From a virus, in IMG/VR virus record IMGVR_UViG_3300045051_000172, positions 55,479 through 119,478 of that record: a DNA stretch of 64,000 bases; one strand, 5' to 3'. The notes beneath the pieces are model-generated. The model searched no databases and was not told the origin of the DNA. It was given only the letters and a program-made list of their open reading frames with translations. The translations under genes were made by a program, and so were the position numbers. Position 1 is the first letter of the stretch, and each line of letters opens with the position of its first letter. This document shows, one piece after another, positions 42,800-52,520 of the stretch.

Positions 42800-43277
42800 C
42801 GAGTGCGGACAATATCGTTACTCTCTCACCCGTTATTGGGATTACGAAAAACCTGCCGTCACTTTCGTAATGCTGAACCCCAGCACCGCAGATCACATTA
42901 AAAACGACCCCACGGTTGAAAGATGCCAAAGACGTGCAGTCGAATTAGGATTCGGAGGACTTATTGTGGTTAATCTTTTCGCATTAAGGTCAACTGATCC
43001 CAAGCTTCTTTACAAACATCCCAATCCTGTCGGCGAACACAATGATGAATATATCCAATTGGCTATAAGAAACTCGAAGCAAACGATCTGCGCTTGGGGA
43101 AAGCACGGGCATCTTTACGGTCGGGGTTACGAAGTGTTGAATCTCATGAAAGAGACCCTTCACTACACTGAAAGAGAAATTTATTATCTGAAAATGAATA
43201 AGGATGGAACCCCGGCTCACCCTTTGTACCTTCCTTATGGGGTTAAACCCGCTCTAATGGACCTGGGAGGGCGCTGA
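42768..43277 (+). CDS. DUF1643 family protein
   Basis: AFSECGQYRYSLTRYW, MLNPSTAD, DPT, VVNLFALRSTDP, AWG and HPLY motifs; GTG start after GGAG. Confidence 0.85.
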   Translation: MTNSDNQAAFSECGQYRYSLTRYWDYEKPAVTFVMLNPSTADHIKNDPTVERCQRRAVELGFGGLIVVNLFALRSTDPKLLYKHPNPVGEHNDEYIQLAIRNSKQTICAWGKHGHLYGRGYEVLNLMKETLHYTEREIYYLKMNKDGTPAHPLYLPYGVKPALMDLGGR

Positions 43278-43289
43278 TACAATGAACGT

Positions 43290-43589
43290 ATGTATAGAAG
43301 CGTTTTTTATAGGGTTTTTAAGAGGGGAACCAAGGGACCGGCTGTCTTCAGGGCTTATATTGAGGAACCAGACGATCAAGACTCCCATATTCACGTTTTT
43401 GATGAACTTTTGGTCCAAGGATACGAATGTGAGATGACTCCCATCGTTTTGGACGGCAAATTGTTCGATTTTCTTTTTCACTATACCCTCTTGGAAGCAC
43501 AGAGGTTTTGTGAGACATTAGGTTATGAGATCAACCCTCACTATCCTTTTGAGGCGATCTGGAAACGAAAGCTTTTTAGGGTGAAATGA
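43290..43589 (+). CDS. Hypothetical protein
   Basis: 99 aa ORF. Confidence 0.55.
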   Translation: MYRSVFYRVFKRGTKGPAVFRAYIEEPDDQDSHIHVFDELLVQGYECEMTPIVLDGKLFDFLFHYTLLEAQRFCETLGYEINPHYPFEAIWKRKLFRVK

Positions 43590-43945
43590 TGGAAAGCCTG
43601 TACGCAAAAGCTAAAGCCCTCCTAGAAAGAATGATGTTCCGCAACACCGAAACCAAGATGCATGAGTATGAACAGTTCCTCAAAAATGAGATAAAACCTG
43701 AGGATTTGGTTCACTTTTTCAGTACCCAAGACCTGGCCGAAATTCATTCAAAAGCCTGTCACTTGGCCTCGACAACTTCTTATGGGGAAGAGGTCAATGG
43801 GGAGAGAATTTTCAGTAATCCGGCCCTCTTACAGTCCTACTGCTATTTTCAGGCGGTGTACGGACAGCTCCGAGCCCGGGGTTTAATTCCGCATCAAGTC
43901 CAACTCGGCGATCAGAAAGATCAAAACCGCAAGAACTCGATTTAG
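43586..43945 (+). CDS. Hypothetical protein
   Basis: 119 aa ORF coupled by ATGA. Confidence 0.6.
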   Translation: MMESLYAKAKALLERMMFRNTETKMHEYEQFLKNEIKPEDLVHFFSTQDLAEIHSKACHLASTTSYGEEVNGERIFSNPALLQSYCYFQAVYGQLRARGLIPHQVQLGDQKDQNRKNSI

Positions 43946-43978
43946 CTAGGCTATAATATCTCTTATAAGGAGATTGAC

Positions 43979-44191
43979 ATGGCAGAACGAGCTAAATGTA
44001 AATGCGGTAAAGCGGAAATGAACTTCCCCAATTTGAAGCAAGAACAAATTGATGGCAAATGGGAAAGCGAATGTTGTTTAGAAGCTCCTAAGGCTGAAAA
44101 AGCCCCGGAACCTAAAGAAGAAAAACCCGCTGAACAAAAGGCTGATAAATCATCCAAAAAGAAGAAAAAGGATGAATCAGAAGCCAAGTAA
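43979..44191 (+). CDS. Small charged Cys-containing protein
   Basis: AGGAG SD and TATAAT upstream. Confidence 0.6.
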   Translation: MAERAKCKCGKAEMNFPNLKQEQIDGKWESECCLEAPKAEKAPEPKEEKPAEQKADKSSKKKKKDESEAK

Positions 44192-44462
44192 AATCTATGA
44201 AACTGCGGATGTCGACTTGGCCTCATTTTTGTGCCTTCACGACATTCAATACCTGGATTGCCGGGTAGAAAGTGATCCTCGGTCTGGAAGAGCCCGAGCC
44301 ATCATCAGATTTGTGGATGATAAGCAAAACGCAAGGGATCTCGAAAGAGTTTTTCTTACGTCGGAGTTCAAGAAGTATCGGGACATAAATAAATTTCTTC
44401 TTAAAGAGGTTCACAAGGCTTGTGACCAAATTAAGAAACAAGTGATAGGTGAAGGAAGCTAA
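44172..44462 (+). CDS. DUF5659-like protein
   Basis: IYETADVDLASFL...AIIRF pattern. Confidence 0.5.
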   Translation: MNQKPSKIYETADVDLASFLCLHDIQYLDCRVESDPRSGRARAIIRFVDDKQNARDLERVFLTSEFKKYRDINKFLLKEVHKACDQIKKQVIGEGS

Positions 44463-44464
44463 AT

Positions 44465-44815
44465 ATGAATAAAACTACAGGACCAAATTCAATTGCCCAA
44501 GAAAAGTTCATTGATGATTGCGGTGCAGACAAAATGTCTGACGTTATTTCAGTAGGAACGGCTACTTCGGCTAACATGGCTACTTCTTCACTTCAAGTTG
44601 GAAAAGGCAGCGTCCTTCGAGTTCGAGTCGGGGCAGCCACTTTCATAGCTTTCAGTAACGATAAGACGGCCTTAGACGCCGCGACGATTGATGCAGCCTA
44701 TGTTGCGTCTCCTTGTATTGAGTTACCGGCTGCTGGAACGTATGTGATTGCAAGTCCTGCAAAATGGGCTCGTGCAAGTGCAGATCCAGTTCGCAAAGAA
44801 TTAATTACCGCTTAA
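44465..44815 (+). CDS. Probable virion protein
   Basis: 116 aa Ala/Thr-rich beta protein at the start of a structural block. Confidence 0.55.
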   Translation: MNKTTGPNSIAQEKFIDDCGADKMSDVISVGTATSANMATSSLQVGKGSVLRVRVGAATFIAFSNDKTALDAATIDAAYVASPCIELPAAGTYVIASPAKWARASADPVRKELITA

Positions 44816-44864
44816 GTTTTAAGCCTCTTCTGAAGGGTCAGAAGAGTAGGTTTGGTGAGGCAAA

Positions 44865-45794
44865 ATGATTTACGAAAAAAGGTGGAAAGCTGTTTCCCCG
44901 CGTACATTCACGTCAAGTGGAACTTCTCTCGGAGTAGTTTCAATCTCGTCAACCAAGGGATTTTATGTTAAACAGAAAGTCCTAGTCCAACAAGCCGGAG
45001 TTTCAACGGCATTTCAAGTTCAAGAAGTTCTCTCCAAAACCCAGTTAGTTTTAGGCCCAGTCGGTTCAGATCTTAAGCAAGTTTCTGATCTTTCTGCATA
45101 CACGACGGCTGCTACGATTCGAGCAGATAAGCAAACTCGCCCGGCCATTGAAGCCAAAGAGTACGAGCGTGCGGTATTTGAGGAAGAACCAGTTGTCGCC
45201 AAACGAGTCGTATTGGTCGACGAAGTCGGGGATAAATATGCCAAGGACAATCCCCTTCCAGTTCAACTCTCTGACGGCTCGATCAACATCGGAACAGTCA
45301 ACGCAGAGTTAGAAGTCCAACTCTCCCACAAAGATGACACACCTAATCCTGGAGATGTGGCTGACTCCGTCCGAATCGGAGACGGAACTTACGAACTTGA
45401 TGTGAACCCAGACGGATCTATCAACGTCAATGTTCAAAATAGTTCAGGCGGAAATGATGTAATTTCGGAGTTCGCAGAGATCACTTCCGTCCCATTAAGT
45501 ACGATGACGGACATCCTGACTTATACAGTTCCAGCAGGATTTACTCTAAAATTAGCCAAAATCGAAGTCAGCGGAAGCAACATAGCCACTTATGAGGTTA
45601 CTGTCGATGGGACCTTAGAGGCCCGCAAAAGAACATGGTTTAGTGGGCCCATTTCCGAGACTTTCAATTTTGAGACCGCAGCCGCTGGGGGATTTCCGGT
45701 TCTCGCTGGAAGTGTCATAAAAGTGCGCGTCATCCATGGACGGCCCATGTTGGGAGATTTCGAAGCCCGCCTAATAGGTGAGTTGGATCAATAA
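44865..45794 (+). CDS. Probable virion surface/decoration protein (paralog family member 1)
   Basis: VNPDGSINVNV motif and C-terminal YTVPAG beta domain shared with 46036..46926. Confidence 0.65.
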   Translation: MIYEKRWKAVSPRTFTSSGTSLGVVSISSTKGFYVKQKVLVQQAGVSTAFQVQEVLSKTQLVLGPVGSDLKQVSDLSAYTTAATIRADKQTRPAIEAKEYERAVFEEEPVVAKRVVLVDEVGDKYAKDNPLPVQLSDGSINIGTVNAELEVQLSHKDDTPNPGDVADSVRIGDGTYELDVNPDGSINVNVQNSSGGNDVISEFAEITSVPLSTMTDILTYTVPAGFTLKLAKIEVSGSNIATYEVTVDGTLEARKRTWFSGPISETFNFETAAAGGFPVLAGSVIKVRVIHGRPMLGDFEARLIGELDQ

Positions 45795-45833
45795 TTTAAT
45801 CAACTAGACTCAGATATACTGAAAAGAGGTTTT

Positions 45834-46007
45834 ATGGCAGATTTAGAAACAAAAAGATCAAAACTTGAATTAATGAGAGTTCAGACGGCTAAAGCCGAGC
45901 TTGAATTCAAAATTGAAGAACGTCTTGAAGAGATTGGTCGCCTTAAAGAAGCGATTATAAAGCAAGATGCCCGAGCCGAAGAACTTAAGAAAATTTTAGG
46001 GGAATAA
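45834..46007 (+). CDS. Small coiled-coil protein (57 aa), possible chaperone
   Basis: Hand translation MADLETKRSKLELMRVQTAKAELEFKIEERLEEIGRLKEAIIKQDARAEELKKILGE; GAGG SD. Confidence 0.65.
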   Translation: MADLETKRSKLELMRVQTAKAELEFKIEERLEEIGRLKEAIIKQDARAEELKKILGE

Positions 46008-46035
46008 GCGTAAACCGCTTTTAAGGAGATAGCAA

Positions 46036-46926
46036 ATGGCCGATCAAAACACAAGCCTACCAGTCCGTACAGAAGCCGCCGGGGATGTAATCGTAAAGAT
46101 TGCGGATGCTTCGATACCAGCGCAGCAGTTAACCGTAAACCCAGATGGGTCTATAAATGTTAATGTTGCCGAACCTGTCACAGTTGATGCGACCGATTTC
46201 GATATTCGAGATCTTACTTTCGCGACAGACTCTGTCGACGTTTCTGGTTCTGCAGTAAGTATTACCGGCTCAGTCGTTGTTACTGCAACGGATTTAGATA
46301 TCCGCAATTTAGTTTTTGCAACCGATAAGGTTGATGTTTCAGGATCGTCTGTTACGGTTTCTGGAACGGTCACAGTTGTCGCTACTGATCTTGATATCAG
46401 AGATTTAGCCTTTGCGACGGATAAAGTCGATGTTTCCGGATCTACCGTCGATGTCACCGCGACGGATCTCGATATTCGAGATTTAGACGCGGCGCAAGAT
46501 AGTGTAGAAGCCTGGATTAAAGATGCAACTGGAAATGCGTTTAGTCCATCTAACCCTTTACCTGTGGTTATGGTTTCAGATCTTCCCGGAGATGAAATCA
46601 ATGACCCCAATACTGCAACAGTTGCAGGAGCCGGATCTAATAACCACGATTACACGGTCACTGCCTTAAAAACTCTCTTACTGCATCAAATTGAAGCCTC
46701 TGCTTCTGGAAAAATAAAGCTTCAAGTTCAGATAGAAACTGCAGTGGCTTCGGGAACCTTCATAACTAGATTTGTTAAATTCAACTCTACGGCGAATCCG
46801 AACATCAGTATCATCTTAAAATCCCCGATCACAGTGGCGGCTGGAGTACGAGTTAGGGTTGTAAGATCAAATCTTGAAAATCAAGCTCAAGATGTTTACA
46901 GCACAATTTCAGGCCAAGAAGTATAA
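46036..46926 (+). CDS. Probable virion fibre/decoration protein with tandem repeats (paralog family member 2)
   Basis: Four ATD(L/F)DIR(D/N)L copies, three continuing xFATD(K/S)VDVSGS. Confidence 0.75.
   Translation: MADQNTSLPVRTEAAGDVIVKIADASIPAQQLTVNPDGSINVNVAEPVTVDATDFDIRDLTFATDSVDVSGSAVSITGSVVVTATDLDIRNLVFATDKVDVSGSSVTVSGTVTVVATDLDIRDLAFATDKVDVSGSTVDVTATDLDIRDLDAAQDSVEAWIKDATGNAFSPSNPLPVVMVSDLPGDEINDPNTATVAGAGSNNHDYTVTALKTLLLHQIEASASGKIKLQVQIETAVASGTFITRFVKFNSTANPNISIILKSPITVAAGVRVRVVRSNLENQAQDVYSTISGQEV
46186..46510 (+). repeat. Coding tandem repeat, four degenerate units
   Basis: GATATTCGAGAT identical at 46201 and 46471; protein-level periodicity. Confidence 0.8.
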
Positions 46927-46962
46927 TTAGAATCCCTGGTCTGCAACAGCTTGCTAGGAATT

Positions 46963-46990
46963 AAAGGGGGTCAATAAAGGCCCCCTTTTT
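46963..46990 (+). terminator. Intrinsic terminator
   Basis: AAAGGGGG-loop-CCCCCTTTTT. Confidence 0.7.
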
Positions 46991-47008
46991 ACTGTATAAT
47001 GAGGCAAT

Positions 47009-48967
47009 ATGGCAGATTTAAACGAAAAAGACTCCTCACTAGCCGTTAAAATCACCGGGGCCGACCCGTCAACTGGTATTGAGTCCAACTTTGCCCAAAT
47101 TGACTCTGCGGGAAATGTTCAAGCCATTATAAATAATGCCGCAGGAGCCGCCGCAGTCAATATCCAAGACGGTGGAAACTCAATTACGGTAGACCAACCT
47201 ACCGCAGCCAACCTAAATGCACAAGTTGTTGGTAATGTTGCCGCAGGTGCAACTGACTCTGGAAATCCAGTAAAAACTGGAGGGATTTATAAATCTAGCT
47301 TGCCAACCCTAACTGATGGTCAACGCGGAGATATTCAACTTGACCTTAATAGCAAGCAAATAGTAAAGAGTGAACAAAGAGATGCTCAAACTCTCGAAAA
47401 TGCCAATATTACTCTTAGAAATGAACTCAGAGTATCTGAGGCCATACGGCTAGTTGGAGCCGAACAAGTAGGAACAGTTCTGGATATCAATATGTGGGAG
47501 TCCACTGTCACCGGCAGCGGAGCTGTAACTTCTGGAAGTGGATTAAATCAACTTTCAACAGGCGTCACTGCTAACTCGTCTTCCTTTTTAGCTTCTCGAA
47601 ATCGGGCTCGGTTTATTAACGGCTCAGTAAATGCCTTTTTTGCTGGAGTGAGACTCGGAGATACGGGAGTAGCAAATAATGTCAGGCGTTGGGGCGCGTA
47701 TGATTCAGCCAATGGAGTGTTCTTTCAATTGAATGGAACTACTATTGGAATTGGAATTCGACAAAATTCATCCGACACAATAGTCACGAGTTTCAATGGT
47801 CCCAATGCTTTTACTTTAGATACTAATTTTCATTCTTACGAGATTCAATATAATCCGGGCGGAGCTTATTTTTATCAAGATAGAAAATTAATTCATACTT
47901 TTATCTCAACTACTACTGCATTGACGGATTCACCGCATAATAAATTAGGGTTTGAGTCTACCAATTCCGGAGGCGGAACTTCAAATGCTTCGATTTATAT
48001 TAGAGGTTCTTCGATTCTCAGATACGGTTCGTATCATGCAAAGCCAAGATATTTTCATCCGTTCTTCGTTTCGAGAGTTCAATTTGCATCCGCTTCATCT
48101 AACGGGGCCCAAACTTCAGTAACAGTCACTCTACCGGCTCCCACTACTGCTGGAAATCTTTTGGTCGTCACTGCGATTGCACAAGCCGGAACGGCAACGG
48201 TCTCCGATAGTGCAGCGCAGAGTTACTCAACCGCTGTGAATCAAACTTCAGGAGCATTTAACGGATATCAATTTTACAAGGCCAATACTGTAGGAGGGGT
48301 TACCACGGTGACTCTTACTAGATCTGCCGGAACAGATCGTATGTCAATAATCGTTACTGAGTATGCAAATATTTTGGCATCTTCACCTTTGGATCAAACT
48401 GCATCACAAGCTCAAACTGGAGTTACTTCTTGGACTACGCCTGCGACAGCAACTACGACACAAGCAATAGAATTGTTGGTCGGTTCTGCTATCGATATTT
48501 CAAGAAACAATGCTCCGTTTACTGCTGGGTCTGAATATACTGCGGTGACTACCCAAAACGGAACCGGAGGCGGACACACCTCGACTGTTTTCTCTGAAGA
48601 TAGATATGTCGTAGCGACCGGGGCATATACGGCAAGTGGAACAGTCGGTGCTTCTGATACGGTCATATCAATGATCGGAACCTATAAATTAGATACTTCA
48701 GGCCTTTCCACTGGATTCACAGTCCCAAATACTCCTACTTTGATTGCAATCGGAGTAGGTGTCTTGAGAAAAGTCATAATTAATAATCCGGGAACCAGCG
48801 GAGCCACAGCTACATTTTATGACAACACAACGAATTCAGGCAACCCAATAGCAGTCGTATCTCTGACTTCGGGACAGAATGAATTGGAATATGAATTGAA
48901 TTTTAATACGGGCCTCACAATGGTTTTAAATTCAACGTCTGCAGATATTACGGTAATCTACGATTAA
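47009..48967 (+). CDS. Tail fibre / receptor-binding-like protein
   Basis: 652 aa, Gly/Ser/Thr-rich beta protein with a lectin-like central region (RWGAYD..NGVFF..FHSYEIQY). Confidence 0.65.
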   Translation: MADLNEKDSSLAVKITGADPSTGIESNFAQIDSAGNVQAIINNAAGAAAVNIQDGGNSITVDQPTAANLNAQVVGNVAAGATDSGNPVKTGGIYKSSLPTLTDGQRGDIQLDLNSKQIVKSEQRDAQTLENANITLRNELRVSEAIRLVGAEQVGTVLDINMWESTVTGSGAVTSGSGLNQLSTGVTANSSSFLASRNRARFINGSVNAFFAGVRLGDTGVANNVRRWGAYDSANGVFFQLNGTTIGIGIRQNSSDTIVTSFNGPNAFTLDTNFHSYEIQYNPGGAYFYQDRKLIHTFISTTTALTDSPHNKLGFESTNSGGGTSNASIYIRGSSILRYGSYHAKPRYFHPFFVSRVQFASASSNGAQTSVTVTLPAPTTAGNLLVVTAIAQAGTATVSDSAAQSYSTAVNQTSGAFNGYQFYKANTVGGVTTVTLTRSAGTDRMSIIVTEYANILASSPLDQTASQAQTGVTSWTTPATATTTQAIELLVGSAIDISRNNAPFTAGSEYTAVTTQNGTGGGHTSTVFSEDRYVVATGAYTASGTVGASDTVISMIGTYKLDTSGLSTGFTVPNTPTLIAIGVGVLRKVIINNPGTSGATATFYDNTTNSGNPIAVVSLTSGQNELEYELNFNTGLTMVLNSTSADITVIYD

Positions 48968-48976
48968 GGGTGGAAA

Positions 48977-49741
48977 ATGAATTCGCATAAGGTTGATTGG
49001 CAAACATTTAAAGCTTTCGTAACGGCAAGAAACCTGTCTATTCAATGGATAAGCGTGAATAGCTGCTATCACCTTAATGCCATTGACGGACCATTTTCTT
49101 TGCAATGCGAAATACCACAGGACGGAAGTCAGTCTGGCAACCAATCTGATTTCGAAACTAACTATAAAACTGCAGGTAATGCTTCTTTTTCCGACATAGA
49201 TGGAACTCCTTTAGCCAGACAAAAAGCTTCTAAAAAAGGATGGAGTTTTTGGGCCGTGCCAATTGAAATCACGACTTCTACTTTAGGAGGTTCATTGTAT
49301 TGCAAAGATGTTTCTGGTACGGATATTCCTGGTATGACTTGTAAGATTTACGATTCCAATGATGCAGAGATTACGTCCGGAGGATTGGCTGGAATCAATT
49401 TAACTCAATGTGTGAAGACAGTCTTAGATTTTGAGCCAGCTTTCGATTACGAAATGATCGGCGGAACTTTGAGAATAAATAGTAACCCGGGCTCAGATAT
49501 CAGATTGTGGATCATAGGTGCTCCAGACATTCCTGCAATCTATGGAGGTTCCAAGGAATTTGCTAGTGGGGTTAACTTGAAATTCCTCTCAGCAGACAAT
49601 GCATTTGAAATCGATGGACGAGTTACAAAATATGTGACCTACAGTGCGACTACCCATTCCGGAAAATTGAGAATAGTTCTTAAGCATCCGGCTGGAACAA
49701 ACTTAAATTTACAAGCGGTAATTCATACTTATAAGGCCTAA
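48977..49741 (+). CDS. Probable virion protein
   Basis: 254 aa ORF following the fibre gene. Confidence 0.6.
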   Translation: MNSHKVDWQTFKAFVTARNLSIQWISVNSCYHLNAIDGPFSLQCEIPQDGSQSGNQSDFETNYKTAGNASFSDIDGTPLARQKASKKGWSFWAVPIEITTSTLGGSLYCKDVSGTDIPGMTCKIYDSNDAEITSGGLAGINLTQCVKTVLDFEPAFDYEMIGGTLRINSNPGSDIRLWIIGAPDIPAIYGGSKEFASGVNLKFLSADNAFEIDGRVTKYVTYSATTHSGKLRIVLKHPAGTNLNLQAVIHTYKA

Positions 49742-49742
49742 T

Positions 49743-49907
49743 ATGAGCATCTTAAATAAAGTCACAACTTTGAGAAAAACTGATGGAATATCTGACGCAG
49801 ACATTCAAGCGCATATCGATGCCGAAAATGCAGACAGTTGGTATTTGGTTGGAGTAGATAATCTAATTGGTTGGTATAGATTCTTTTGGGCCAAAGAGAG
49901 TGAATAA
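49743..49907 (+). CDS. Small hypothetical protein (54 aa)
   Basis: Hand translation MSILNKVTTLRKTDGISDADIQAHIDAENADSWYLVGVDNLIGWYRFFWAKESE; fills the gap exactly. Confidence 0.55.
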   Translation: MSILNKVTTLRKTDGISDADIQAHIDAENADSWYLVGVDNLIGWYRFFWAKESE

Positions 49908-50437
49908 TGGATTCCCAAATCTACATCGGATTCTCCACGCATAAGGGCTTCAATCTTACTTCCATTTTGATTCGATGGTTTCTTTCGACTCCATACTCTC
50001 ACGTCTATGTTCGAATTCCTTCTGAAACTCTTCAAAGAGATTTGATCTATGAAGCCAGCGGACTCAAAGTTCATTTCGTTGGTAAAATTAAGTTCTTAGA
50101 GAAATCCAGAGTTGTAAAAGAATACGCAATTGCAGTTTCTTCTGAAGTAAAAACTAAAGTGCTTCAATTTGCAATTGATAATCTTGAAAAACCTTACGGA
50201 CTCAAACAGTTGATCGGAATGATTTGGGTACTTATGGGTAAGAAATTGGGTAAGAACTGGAGAAATCCTTTTCCAAATGGAGAGATGGATTTCATTTGTT
50301 CTGAATTAGCCTGGGACGTTCTTGAAGATTTAGGCTATGAAGAAACTGAAGAACAAGATGCGGACTCGATCTCGCCGTTAGACGTAGATCAATTTCTTAT
50401 GAATTCGCAGCTTTCTTTGTCTTCTTGGCCGGTTTAG
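49907..50437 (+). CDS. Permuted papain-like NlpC/P60 (YiiX/YebB-like) amidase
   Basis: PYSHV (His), IYEA, KPYG and ICSELA (Cys) in permuted order. Confidence 0.8.
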   Translation: MDSQIYIGFSTHKGFNLTSILIRWFLSTPYSHVYVRIPSETLQRDLIYEASGLKVHFVGKIKFLEKSRVVKEYAIAVSSEVKTKVLQFAIDNLEKPYGLKQLIGMIWVLMGKKLGKNWRNPFPNGEMDFICSELAWDVLEDLGYEETEEQDADSISPLDVDQFLMNSQLSLSSWPV

Positions 50438-50900
50438 CTTCGCCTTCAGCCGCCGCAGTTTCAACTGCTTTGGGAGACTTGGTAGTCTTACCTTCTGAAT
50501 CAATCAAATTCTCAAGACAATTTAATTCTGGAAGACTGAGATTTAAGCTGCCATCTTGAGCTTCTTTGGACTCCAAAACCATACTGATTTTGAGAGTATT
50601 GAGAACTGGAAGAGCTGAAGATTCGAGGGAATGAAGTTCATTCAAATCGGCAAGGAATGCAGCACTATCGGTTAATTGATAGGATTTTCCACCGTCGGTG
50701 CTAATCTTGTTTCCGGCTTCATCTTTCTTGGCATGTTTTTCCAAGATCACTGCGTAAAGTTCTTCGTACTTCTTGACTTCTGCAGCAAAGGCATTCAAGA
50801 ATTCTCGAAGTTGGTAGGTAGTTCGCACTGGATACGAAAGCATTCGGATCTTAGAAAGTGCAGTTTGAAGGGCAGGATTAGCGAGTTCATTAAAAATCAT
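50397..50900 (-). CDS. Hypothetical helical protein (lone antisense gene)
   Basis: ~167 aa; GGAG SD before the ATG at 50900. Confidence 0.65.
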   Translation of the reverse strand: MIFNELANPALQTALSKIRMLSYPVRTTYQLREFLNAFAAEVKKYEELYAVILEKHAKKDEAGNKISTDGGKSYQLTDSAAFLADLNELHSLESSALPVLNTLKISMVLESKEAQDGSLNLSLPELNCLENLIDSEGKTTKSPKAVETAAAEGEAKPAKKTKKAANS

Positions 50901-50969
50901 GTGAGATCTCCTTACCCTCAAAGCTATCAAAACCCGAAAGGAAAGTCAATAGGCCTGGTATTCTAGGCT

Positions 50970-51305
50970 ATGGACGAATTTAAAGACCTATTCAAAAGAA
51001 TGAATAAATATGGGATTTATCTTCCTCTCGTCTGCGACCCAAAAACAGGCCGAGGCTCGGTCTCTTTGACTCTGGTATTCCTGAGTTCGATCTGGGTTCA
51101 ACTCTCACTTGTGGGCAAAGTCGTTACTGCATTTGGGGGCCTTGACACGGAATCGGCTATTTACTGGTTCCTAAGCTGCTCTGCGCTCTATTTTGGCCGT
51201 AAATTGTCAGGTAGCAAGGGCGCTGCAGAGCTGTCTAAGCTTGACTCCGAAGGTGAACCCCTCATGAAATCTGAGCCAAAGCCCAAAGTCGATAACCCGG
51301 ACTAA
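50970..51305 (+). CDS. Holin-like membrane protein
   Basis: Two hydrophobic segments, charged C-terminus; KTGRGSVSLTLVFLS. Confidence 0.55.
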   Translation: MDEFKDLFKRMNKYGIYLPLVCDPKTGRGSVSLTLVFLSSIWVQLSLVGKVVTAFGGLDTESAIYWFLSCSALYFGRKLSGSKGAAELSKLDSEGEPLMKSEPKPKVDNPD

Positions 51306-51378
51306 ATCAGTCCAATAAAGAATTCTCAAGAATATCGATATACTGGATAGAGATGTAAACCTTTACCCGGGGAATGGC

Positions 51379-51783
51379 ATGAAAGACAATGATCTTTTAA
51401 TTCAGATAGCGGCAAACCTGACGGATTTCCGTAAGGAAATCAACAACAAAGTGGACTCACTAGCCACTAAAGTTGCCAATTTAGATAAGCAAACAGCCCT
51501 CCAAGCCAAAGACATTGAATTCATCAAACAAGAAGACGCCCAACAAAATAAACTTCTCGAAGAGCACATTGCCGGGGTCAAAGAAGTTCGGAATCAAAAC
51601 ATCCTCCTCAAAGAACAACTTTGGATGGAAATTCAAAGTAAAAATGAAGCCCTAGAAAAAAGAGTTAAGAAACTTGAAAAGCCAGGAGAGTGGCTAAAAA
51701 CTACTATCTGGCTCATGGTAACTCTCGGCGGCGCGGCCTACGGTATCTATCAAATTCTCGAATTCCTTCAGATTCTAAAGTAA
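51379..51783 (+). CDS. Coiled-coil protein with a C-terminal TM (holin/XhlA-like topology)
   Basis: Heptad pattern then IWLMVTLGGAAYGIYQIL. Confidence 0.55.
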   Translation: MKDNDLLIQIAANLTDFRKEINNKVDSLATKVANLDKQTALQAKDIEFIKQEDAQQNKLLEEHIAGVKEVRNQNILLKEQLWMEIQSKNEALEKRVKKLEKPGEWLKTTIWLMVTLGGAAYGIYQILEFLQILK

Positions 51784-51838
51784 TAACCTCAAAATCAGCC
51801 CTCTGATATACTTTATGTAGGAATCAGGAGGCTTTTTC

Positions 51839-52222
51839 ATGGTACTAACGGCGAAAATTCTGAATAGTGATGCGTCCTTAAACTCGTTTTACGAGATTTC
51901 CTCCTTGGATTTTCTTCCAGGAGGCCCCGCAGATTTGGTTATCCGCATCTTCAATCCTCAATCTGAGATTCGATATGTTCCTGGAATTGATGCGAAACTC
52001 ACGATTATTTTGAACAACACAGATGGAACCAACTTGGAAAAGGCAGCCACGGTTGTTGATGCAGGCGACCGATCTATGTGGAAGGTTTCCCTAACTGCAG
52101 AAGAAACCGAAAACCTCTTAGGAGGCAATTTTACGTTTGAGCTGGACACTGAAGGCGATGATTCGATAGTATGGACTGGCCTAGTGACCAACGGAATTAG
52201 AAGTCTCTCCGGAGATTGCTAA
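51839..52222 (+). CDS. Probable virion protein
   Basis: 127 aa; TGa-TATACT promoter at 51804 and AGGAGG SD. Confidence 0.6.
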   Translation: MVLTAKILNSDASLNSFYEISSLDFLPGGPADLVIRIFNPQSEIRYVPGIDAKLTIILNNTDGTNLEKAATVVDAGDRSMWKVSLTAEETENLLGGNFTFELDTEGDDSIVWTGLVTNGIRSLSGDC

Positions 52223-52519
52223 GTGAAGAAAATTTTTAACGTGAGCAAGGACACAGTTGTGCTTCCTAAAGAAAGCGAATATCGCCAACAGCTCATGGAC
52301 AATGTTGAGAAGGTCATTGACGAGAAAAAGATCTTCTGTGCCACGGTTGAGGCATTAATTGAAGGCCTGGAAGATTCTAGGCTTGCAACCCAAAGAGGAA
52401 CGATAGACGCTCTGAATGAGCATCATCGCTACTCGACGATAATGAAGCAAAACAAGGTCGTTTGGATTAATCACGCCAAGGACCGAGAAGGCTTCACTAA
52501 AATTTACTTTGAGGTTTAA
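52223..52519 (+). CDS. Hypothetical protein
   Basis: 98 aa ORF, GTG start adjacent to the previous stop. Confidence 0.55.
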   Translation: MKKIFNVSKDTVVLPKESEYRQQLMDNVEKVIDEKKIFCATVEALIEGLEDSRLATQRGTIDALNEHHRYSTIMKQNKVVWINHAKDREGFTKIYFEV

Positions 52520-52520
52520 G

